Shown in pieces: positions 1-9,306 of a stretch of 64,000 nt of DNA (position 1 is its first letter; each line of letters opens with the position of its first letter). A program made the translations under genes and the position numbers. This DNA comes from the human T2T-CHM13v2.0 reference genome, Homo sapiens, in assembly GCF_009914755.1 (NCBI RefSeq), contig NC_060945.1; one strand, given 5' to 3'. The notes under the pieces were generated by a model. The model was not told the DNA's origin, ran no database searches, and was given only the letters and a program-made list of their open reading frames with translations.

Positions 1-3000
1 GTTGAATACACACATCACAAAGAAGTTTCTCAGAATGCTTCTGTGTAGTTTTTATTTGAAGTTATTTCCTTTTCCACCATAGGCCACAAAGGGATCAAAA
101 CATCCAAATGCAGATTCTAAAAAAAGGAGATTCAAAACTGCTCAATCAAAAGAAACGTTCAACTCTGTGACATGAATGTACACACCACAAAAAAGTTTCT
201 CAGAATATTTCTGTGTAGTTTTTATGTGAAGATATTTGCTTTTCCACGGTAGGCCTCAAAGCGCTCCAAATATGTACTTGCAGATTCTATAAAAGGAGTG
301 TTTCAAAACTGCTGAATAAAAAGAAAGGATCAACTCTGTGAAATGAATGGACACATCACAAAGAAGTTTCTCAGAATGCTTCTGTGTAGCTTTTATTTGA
401 AGGTATTTCCTTTTCCACCATAGGCCGCAAAGGGATCGAAATATCCAATTGCAGATTCTAAAAAAAGGAGATTCAAAACTGCCCATTTCTGTGTAGTCTT
501 TATGTGAAGATATTTGCTTTTCCATGTTAGGCCTCAAAGCGATCCAAATATCTACTTGCAGATCCTGTAAAGTGAGTGTTTCAAAACTGCTGAATAAAAA
601 GAAAGGATCAACTCTGTGAAATGAATGGACACATCACAAAGAAGTTTCTCAGAATGCTTCTGTGTAGTTTTTATTTGAAGGTATTTCCTTTTCCACCATA
701 GGCCACAAAGGGATTGAAATATCCAATTGCAGATTCTAAAAAAAGGAGATTCAAAACTGCTCAATCAAAATAAACGTTCAACTCTGTGACATGAATGTGC
801 ACACCACCAAAAAGTTTCTCAGAATGTTTCTGTGTAGTTTTTATGTGAAGATATTTGCTTTTCCACGGTAGGCCTCAAAGTGCTCCAATTATGTACTTGC
901 AGATTCTATAAAAGGATTGTTTCAAAACTGCTGAATAAAAAGAAAGGATCAATTCTGTGAAATGAATGGACACATCACAAAGAAGTTTCTCAGAATGCTT
1001 CTGTGTAGTTTTTATTTGAAGGTATTTCCTTTTCCACCATAGGCCGCAAAGGGCTCCAAATATCCAATTGCAGATTCCAAAAAAAAGGAGATTCAATACT
1101 GCTCAATCAAAAGAAAGGTTCAACTCTGTGAATTGAATGCACACATCACAAAGAAGTTTATCAGAATGCTTCTGTGTAGCTTTTATGTTAAGATATTTCC
1201 TTTTCCACAATAGGGCTGATATCGCTCCAAATATCCACTTGCAGACTCTACAAAAACAGTGTTTCATAACTGCTCCATCAAAATAAAGAATCAACTCTGT
1301 GAGGTGAATGCACACATCACAAAGAAGTTTCTCTGAATGCTTCTGTGTAGTGTTTATGTGAACATATTTGCTTTTCCACAATAGGCCCCAAAGTGCTCCA
1401 AATATCCACATGCTGATTTCTACAAAAAGAGTGTTTCAAAACTGCTCAATCATAAGGTAGGTTCGTCCTGTGAGATGAATGCACACATCAAAACGAAGTT
1501 TCTCAGAATGCTTCTGTGTAGTTTTTATTTGAACATATTTCCTTTTCCACCATAGGCCACAAAGGGCTCCAAATATCCACTCACAGATTCTACAAAAAAA
1601 GAGATTCAAAACTGTTTAATCAAAAGCTAGGTTCAACTCTGTCAGTTGAATGCACACATCACAAAGAAGTTTCTCAGAATGCTTCTGTGTAGTTTTTACA
1701 TGAAGATATTTCCTTTTCCCCAATAGGCCTCAAAGCTCTCCAAATATCCACTTGCAGATTCTGCAAAAAGAGATTCAAAACTGCTCCATCAAAAGAGAGG
1801 TTCGACTGTCAGTGGAATGCACACATCACAAAGTAGTTTCTCAGAACGCTTCTGTGTAGTTTGTATGTGAAGATATTTCCTTTTCAACCATAAAGCACAA
1901 AGGGCTCCAAATATCAAGTTGCAGATTGTACCAAAAGAGAGTTTAAAAACGGCTCAATCAAAACATAGGTTCAACTCTGTGAGTTGAATGCACACGTCAC
2001 AAATAGTTTCTCAGAATGATTTTGTGTAGTTTTTAGGTGAAGATATTTGCGATTCCACAGTAGGCCTCAAAGCGCTCCAAATATCCATTTGCTCATTAAA
2101 CAAAAAGAGTGTATCAAAACTGCTCAATCATAAGATAGGTTCAACCCTGTGAGATGAATGCACACATCACAAATAACTTTCTCAGAATGCTTCTGTGTAG
2201 TTTTTATGTGAAGATATTTCCTTTTCCACCGTAGGCCACAAAGGGCTCCAAATATCAACTTGAAGATTCTACAAAAAGAGAGATTCAAAACTGCTCCATC
2301 AAGAGATAAGTTCAACTCTGTGAGTTGAATGGACACATCGCAAAGAATTTTCTCATAATGCTTCTGTGTAGTTTTTATTTGAAGATACTTCCTTTTCCAC
2401 AATAGGCCTCAAAGCTCTCCAACTATCCCCTTGCAGATTCTACAAAAAGAGAGATTCAAAACTGCTCAATCAATAGAGTGGTTTGACTCTGTGCGTTGAA
2501 TGCACACCTCACAGAGAAGTTTCTCAGAATGCTTCTGTGTAGTTTGTATTTGAAGATATTTGCTTTTCCACAGTAGGCCTGAAAGCTCTCCAAATATCCA
2601 CTTGCAGATTCTGCCAAAAGAGAGATTCAAAACTGCTCAATCCAAAGATAGGTTCAACTCTTTGAGTTGAATGCACACATCACAAAGAAGTTTTTCAGAA
2701 TGCTTCTGTGTAGTTATTATCTGAAGATATTTCCTTTTCCACAGAAGACCTCAGAGGTCTTTAATATCTACTTGCAGATTCTGCAAAAAGAGTGATTCAA
2801 AACAGCTCAATCAAAAGATATTTTCGACTCTGTGAGTTGAATGCACACCTAACAAAAAAGATTCTCACAATGCTTCTGTGTAATTTTTAGGTGTAGATGT
2901 TTGCTTTCCCTCATTAGGCCTCAAAAAGTTCCAAATATCCACTTGCAGATTCTGCAAAAAGAGAGATTCAAAACTGCTCATTCAAGAGATAGGTTCAAAT

Positions 3001-3055
3001 CTGTGAGTTGACTGCACACCTCACAAAGAAGTTTCTCAGAATGCTTCTGGGTAGT
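1..3055 (-). repeat. Alpha satellite, diverged monomeric, ACTACAC-type, reverse orientation
   Basis: ~171-bp tandem units with GAATGCACACATCACAAAGAAGTTTCTCAGAATGCTTCTGTGTAGTTTTT (reverse complement of the alphoid consensus) and pJalpha-like TTCCTTTTCCACCATAG. Ends at ...AATGCTTCTGGGTAGT, where the pentamer satellite starts. Confidence 0.97.
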
Positions 3056-3843
3056 GGAGTGGAGAAAAGTGGAGTGGATTGGAGTGGTAAGGATTGGAAT
3101 GCAATGGAGTGGAGTGGAATGGAATGGAATGGAACAGAATGGAATGGAATGGAGTGGAACAGAGTGGAGTAGAGGGGAGTGGAATGGAGTTGAGTGGAGT
3201 GTATCAGAGTGCAGTGGAATGGAAAGGAATGGAATGGATTGGAATGGATTGGAGTGGAGTGGAGTGGAATGGAGTGAAATAGAGTGGAGTGGAATGAAGT
3301 GGAATGGAATGGAATGGAGTTGAATGTAACGGAATGGAGCAGAAAGGAATGGAACGGAACTTAAAGGAATCTAGTGGAGTGGAGTGGAGTGGAGTTGATC
3401 AGAGTGCAGTGGAATTGAATGGAATGGACTGGAATGGAATAGAGTGGAGTGGAGGGGAGTGGTAAGAAGTTGAATAGAGTGGAATGAAATAGAGTGGAGT
3501 GGAATGGTATGGAATGGAATGGAATGGAATGGAATGGAATGGAATGGAAAGGAATGGAAAGGAAGAGAATGGAATGGAATTGAAAGGAGCAGAGTGGAGT
3601 GGAATGGAGTTGATTGGAGGGGATCGGAGTGGAGGGGAATGGAATGGAATGAAGTGGAGTGGAGTGGAGTTGAATGGAATGGAGTGGAGTGAAACGGAAT
3701 GGAATGGAATGGAATGGAACAGAATGGAGTGGAGTGGAGTGGAGTGCAGTGGAGTTGAGTGGAGTGGTTCGGAGTGCAGGGGAATGGAAATGAATGGAAT
3801 GGAATGGAATGAAACAGGATGGAATGCAACGAAGAAATGAAAT

Positions 3844-3905
3844 GTGAGCTAAGATTGTGTCACTGCACTCCAGTCTGGGTGACAGAGGTAGACCAGTCGA
3901 AATAA
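3844..3905 (+). mobile_element. Alu 3'-end fragment embedded in satellite III (copy 1)
   Basis: GTGAGCTAAGATTGTGTCACTGCACTCCAGTCTGGGTGACAGAG matches the Alu right-arm end GTGAGCCGAGATCGCGCCACTGCACTCCAGCCTGGGCGACAGAG, mostly by CpG decay. Followed by a short A-rich remnant. Confidence 0.88.
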
Positions 3906-4597
3906 AGGAATGGAATGGAATGGAGTAGAATGGAATGGAATGGAGTGGAGTGGAATGGATGGAATGGAGTGGAGTGGATTGGAGTGGAGTGGAATGGAGA
4001 GTAGTGGAGTGTGGTGGAATGAGTGGAGCAGAATGGAATGGAGTGGAATTGAGTGGAATGGAATGGAGTGGAATGGAATGGAATGGAATGGAGTGGAATG
4101 GAATGGAATGCATTGGAGTTGAATGGAATGGAATGGAATGGAATGGAGGGGAATATAATGGAATGTAGTGCAATGAAATGTACTGGAGTGGAGTGCAGTG
4201 GAGTGGAGTGGAATATAGTGAAATGGAGTGGAGTGGAACGGAGTGGAGTGGAATGGAATGGAATGAAATGGAACGGAACAGAACGGAAGAGAATGGAATG
4301 GAAGGGGACAGAGTGGAGCGGAATGGAGTTGAGTGGAGGGGATCGGAGTGCAGTAGAATGGAATTGAATGGAATGGAATGGAGTGGAGTGGAGTGGAATG
4401 GAATGGAGTGGAGTGGAATTGAATGGAAAGGAAAGAAATGGAATGGAATGGAACGGAATAGAATGGAACGGAACAGAACAGAGTGGAGTGGAGTGGAGTT
4501 TAGTGGAGTGGATCGGAGTGCAGGGGAATGGAATGGAATGGAATGGAATGGAATGGAATGGAATGAAATGGAATGGAATGCAACTATGAAATAAAAT

Positions 4598-4661
4598 GTG
4601 AGCTAAGATTGTGCCACTGCACTCCAGTGTGGGTGACAGAGTTAGATCCAGTCGAAACAAA
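4598..4661 (+). mobile_element. Alu 3'-end fragment embedded in satellite III (copy 2)
   Basis: GTGAGCTAAGATTGTGCCACTGCACTCCAGTGTGGGTGACAGAGTTAGATCCAGTCGAAACAAA, with the same 5' break point and flanks as copy 1. Confidence 0.88.
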
Positions 4662-6432
4662 GGAATGGAATGGAATGGAGTAGAATGGAATGGAATGGAG
4701 TTGAGTGGAATGGAATGGAATGGAATGGAGTGGAGTGGAGTGGAATGGAGGGGAGTGGAGTGTAGTGGAATGAGTGGAGCGGAATTGAGCGGAATGGAAT
4801 GGAGTTAAATTGAGTGGAATGGAATGGAATGGAATGGAGTGGAATGGAATGGAATGGAGTGGAATGTAATGGAATGGAGTGCAATAAAATGTAGTGTAGT
4901 GTAGTGTAGTGTAGTGTAGTGGAATGGAGTGGAATGGAATGCAGTGCAGTGGGATGGAATGGAACGGAATGGAAGACAATGAAGTGCAGTGGATTGTAAT
5001 GGAATGGAGTGGAATAGAATGGAGTGGAGTGGTGTGGAGTGGAATGGAGTGGAGTGGAATGGAGTGGAAAGGAATGGAGTGGAGTGGAAAGGAATGGAAT
5101 GGAATGGAATGAAATGGAAAGGAATGGAAGGGAATGAAATGGAATGGAACAGAATAGATTGGAGTGGAATCGAGTGGAGTGGAGTAGGGTGGAGCGGATC
5201 GGAATGCAGTGGAATGAAATGGAATGGAATGGAATGGAATGGAATGAAATAGAATGGAATTTAGGGGAGTGGCGTGGGGTGGATTGAGTGGAGTTGAGTG
5301 CAGTAGTGTGGAATGGAGTGGAATGGAATGTAGTGGAGTGGAATGGAATGGAAAGGAACAGAAAGGAATGGAATGGAATGGAATGGAATGGAATGGAATG
5401 GAACAGAGTGGAGTCTAATGGAGTGAAATGGAGTGGAGTGGAGTGGAGCGGAATGAAATGGAGTGGAATGGAACAGAATGGAACTGACCAGAACGGAATG
5501 GAATCGAATGGAGTGGAGTGGAGTTGAGTGGAGTGGATCGGAGTGCAGTGGAATGAAATGGAATGGAATGGAATGGAATGTATTGGAGTGGATTCGAGTG
5601 GAGTGGAGTGTAGTTGAATGGAGTGGAATGAAATGCAGTGGAGTGGAATGGAATGGAATGGAGTGGAATGGAATAGAATAGAACGGAATGGAATGGAATG
5701 AAAAGGAATGGAGTGGAGTGGAGTTGACTGGAATGGATTGGATTGCCATGGAAAGGAAAGGAAAGGAATGGAATGGAATGGAATGGAATGGAATAGAATG
5801 GAATGGAAAGGAGTGTATTGGAATGGAGTGGAGTGGAGTTGACTGGAATGGATTGGATTGCCATGGAAAGGAAAGGAATGGAATGGAATGGAATGGAATG
5901 GAATGGAATGGAATGGAATGGAATGGAAAGGAGTGTAGTGGAATGGAGTGGAGTGGAGTGCAGTGGATTGGAGTGGAATGGAGTGGAGTGGAGTGCAGTG
6001 GAGTGGAAAGGAGTGGAGTGGTGTGGAATGGAATGGAGTGGAATGGAACGGAACCAAACTGAACAGAGTGGAAAGGAATGGAACGGAGTGGAGTTGAGTG
6101 GAGTAGAGTTGAGTGGAATGGATGGGAATGCTTTGGAATGGAATGGAAAATAATTTAATGAAATTTAGTTGAGTGGAGTGGATTTTATTGGAGTGGAGTG
6201 GAATGGAATGGATTAGAGTTTAGAGCAGTGGCGTGGAGTGGAGTGGAATGGAGTGGAATGGAGTGGAATGAAATGGAGTGGAGTGGAATGGAATGAAATG
6301 GATCAGAATGCTATGGAATGGAATGGAACGGAATGGAGTGGAGTGGAGTTGAGTGGAGTGGATGGGATAGCAGTGGAATGGAATGGAATGAAATGCAATT
6401 GAATGAAATGGAGTGGAATCATGCAATGAAAT

Positions 6433-6497
6433 GTGAGCTAAGATTGTGCCACTGCACTCTAGTCTGGGAGACAGAGTGAGATATAGTCGAAGTAAAA
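6433..6497 (+). mobile_element. Alu 3'-end fragment embedded in satellite III (copy 3)
   Basis: GTGAGCTAAGATTGTGCCACTGCACTCTAGTCTGGGAGACAGAGTGAGATATAGTCGAAGTAAAA, with the same 5' break point preceded by AAAT. Confidence 0.88.
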
Positions 6498-7599
6498 GAA
6501 TGGATTGAAATGCAGTAGAATATAATGGAATGGAGTGGAGTGGAATGGAATGAAGTGGAATAGAATGGAGTGGAGTGGAATGGAGGGGAGTGGATTGGAG
6601 TGGAGTGGAATGGAGTGGAATGGAATGAAATGGAGTGGAGTGGAGTGGAAGAAATAGAGTGGAATGAAGTGGAGTGGAATGGAGTGGAGGGGAGTGAGTG
6701 GAATGGGGTGCAGTGGAATGGAATGGAGTGGACTGGAGTGGAAGGGAGTGGAATGAATTGGAATGGAATGGATTGGAATGGAATGAATGGAGTGGAATGG
6801 AGTGGAGTGTATTGGAGTGGATTGTAGTGGAGGGAAGTGGAATGGAGTAGAATGGAGTGAAATGGAGTGGAGTGGAGTGGAGTGGAATGGAATGGAGTTT
6901 AATGGAATGGAAAGGAACGTACCAGAACAGAATGGAATGGAACGGAATGGAATGGAGTGGAATGGAGTGGAATTGTGTGGAGTGGATCGGAGTGCAGTGG
7001 AATGGAATGGAATGGAATGGAATGGAATGGAATGGAATGGAATGGAATGGAATGGAGTGGAGTGGGGTGGAGTGGATAGGAGTGGAATGGAATGGAGTGG
7101 TGTTGAGTAAACTGGAATAGAGTGGAATGGAATGGAGTGGATTGGAATGCAATGGAAAGGAACAGAATGGAATGAATGGAACAGAATGGTATAGAACGGA
7201 CGGAAAGGAGTGGAGTGGAATGGAGTTGAGTGGAGTGGATCGGATTGCTGTGGAATGGAAAGGAATGGAATGGAATGGAATGGAAAGGAATGTAGTGGAA
7301 TGGAGTGGAGTGGAGTGGAATGGAGAGGAGTGGAATGGAGTGTAGTGGAATGGAGTGGGGTGGAGTGGAGTGCAGTGGAGTGGAGTGCAGTGGAGTGGAA
7401 TGTAGTGGTTTGGAGTGTAATGGAATGGAGTGGAATGCAACGGAACAGAGGAGAATGCAACAGAATGGAATGGAATGGAGTGGAGTGGAGTAGAGTTGAG
7501 TGGAGTGGATCAGACTGCAGTGTAATGGAGTGGAATGGAATTTAAAGTAATCGAGTGGACTGGAGTGGAGTGGAGTTTAGTGGAGTGCGGTAGAATAGT

Positions 7600-8137
7600 T
7601 GTCTATTAGGTCCGCTTGGTGCAGAGCTGAGTTCAATTGCTGGGTATCCTTGTTGACTTTCTGTCTTGTTGATCTGTCTAATGTTGACAGTGGGATGTTA
7701 AAGTCTCCCATTATTAATGTGTGGGAGTCTAAGTCTCTTTGTAGGTCACTAAGCACTTGCTTTATGAATCTGGGTGCTCCTGTATTGAGTGCATATATAT
7801 TTAGGATAGTTAGCTCTTCTTGTTGAATTGATCCCTTTGCCATTATGTAATGGCCTTCTTTGTCTCTTTTGATCTTTGGTGGTTTAAAGTCTGTTTTATC
7901 AGAGACTAGGATTGCAACCCCTGCCTTTTTTTGTTTTCCATTTGCTTGGTAGATCTTCCTCCATTCTTTTATTTTGAGCCTATGTGTGTCTCTGCACGTG
8001 AGATGGGTTTCCTGAATAGAGCACACTGATGGGTCTTGACTCTTTATCCAATTTGCCAGTCTGTGTCTTTTAATTGGAGCATTTAGTCCATTTACATTTA
8101 AAGTTAATATTGTTATGTGTGAATTTGATCCTGTCAT
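7600..8137 (-). pseudogene. L1 ORF2p APE-type endonuclease domain, N-terminal ~180 aa, truncated
   Basis: Open frame from ATG 8137 with LNVNG, IQETH and IMGDFN motifs. Broken after HQADLID, so the C-terminal SKID and SDH catalytic motifs are missing. Confidence 0.92.
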
Positions 8138-8200
8138 GATGATGTTAGCTGGTGATTTTGCTCGTTAGTTGATGCAGTTTCTTCCTAGTCTCGATGGTCT

Positions 8201-9181
8201 TTACATTTTGGCATAATTTTGCAGCGGCTGGTACCGGTTGTTCCTTTCGATGTTTAGTGCTTTCTTCAGGAGCTCTTTTCGGGCAGGCCTGCTGGTGACA
8301 CAATCTCTCAACATTTGATTGTCTGTAAAGTATTTTATTTTTCCTTCACTTATGAAGCTTAGTTTGGCTGGGTATGAAATTCTGGGTTGAAAATTCTTGT
8401 CTTTAAGAATGTTGAATATTGGCCCCCACTCTCTTCTGGCTTGTAGGGTTTCTGCCGAGAGATCCACTGTTAGTCTGATGGGCTTCTCTTTGAGGGTAAC
8501 CGACCTTTCTCTCTGGCTGCCCTTAACATTTTTTCCTTCATTTCAGCTTTGGTGAATCTGACAATGATGTGTCTTGGAGTTGCTCTTCTCGAGGAGTATC
8601 TTTGTGGCGTTCTCTGTATTTCCTGAATCTGAACGTTGGACTGCCTGCAGAGTGTTTTCCAACTTGGTTCCATTCTCCCCATCACTTTCAGGTACACCAA
8701 TCATACGTAGATTTGGTCTTTTCACATAGTCCCATATTTCTTGGAGGCTTTGCTCATTTCTTTTTATTCTTTTTTCTCTAAACTTCCCTTCTAACTTCAT
8801 TTCATTCATTTCATCTTCCATCGCTGATACTCTTTCTTCCAGTTGATCGCATCGGCTCCTGAGGCTTCTGCATTCTTCACGTAGTTCTCGAGCCTTGGTT
8901 TTCAGCTCCATCAGCTCCTTTAAGCACTTCACTGTATTGGTTATTCTAGTTCTACATTTTTCTAAATTTTTTTCAAAGTTTTCAACTTGTTTGCCTTTGG
9001 TTTGAATGTCCTTCCGTAGCTCAGAATAATTTCATCATCTGAAGCCTTCTTCTCTCAGCTCATCAAAGTCATTCTCCATCCAGCTTTGTTCCGTTGCTGG
9101 TGAGGAACTGCGTTCCTTTGGAGGAGGAGAGGCACTCTGCTTTTTAGAGTTTCCAGTTTTTCTGCTCTGTTTTTTCCCCAT
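8201..9181 (-). pseudogene. L1 ORF1p, frameshifted
   Basis: ATG GGG AAA at 9181 and TAA at 8201-8203. Split over three ORF-track frames, with a 35-bp internal deletion near 8645. Confidence 0.92.
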
Positions 9182-9306
9182 CTTTGTGGTTTTATCTACT
9201 TTTGGTCTTTGATGATGGTGATGTACAGATGGGTTTTTGTTGTGGATGTCCTTTCTGTTTGTTAGTTTTCCTTCTAACAGACAGGACCCTCAGCTGCAGG
9301 TCTGTT

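Larger units (their letters stand above)
3053..7595 (+). repeat. Satellite III-like (HSat3) pentamer array, (GGAAT)n heavily mixed with GGAGT
   Basis: Continuous 5-bp periodicity of GGAAT/GGAGT/GCAGT/GGAAC/GAAAT. No regular HSat2-type CATTCGATTC unit seen. Source of the MEWNG/FHSIP ORFs. Confidence 0.93.
7596..9306 (-). mobile_element. LINE-1 internal fragment (L1PA2/L1PA3-like): end of 5'UTR, ORF1, inter-ORF spacer and start of ORF2; truncated at both ends
   Basis: ORF track gives L1 ORF2p N-terminus (MTGSNSHITILTLNVNGLNAPIKRHRL) and ORF1p pieces (…RYQPLQNYAKM). No poly(A) or TSD. Joins satellite III on the left and alpha satellite on the right. Confidence 0.95.

Noticed and set aside
3844-6497. 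CRISPR-like pattern of conserved ~60-bp repeats separated by spacers
   Set aside because: The repeats are Alu fragments, the spacers are 0.7-1.8 kb of simple satellite, there are no cas genes, and the DNA is primate.
3054-7545. Long ORFs up to 471 aa of (FHSIP)n, (LHSTP)n and (MEWNG)n
   Set aside because: Pure GGAAT/GGAGT pentamers have no stop codons in any frame, so long overlapping ORFs are expected. There is no sign of coding selection.
7577-8137. Standalone endonuclease gene (186-aa open frame)
   Set aside because: It is truncated L1 ORF2p lacking the C-terminal catalytic Asp and His motifs. Most of the promoter is gone and ORF1 is frameshifted.
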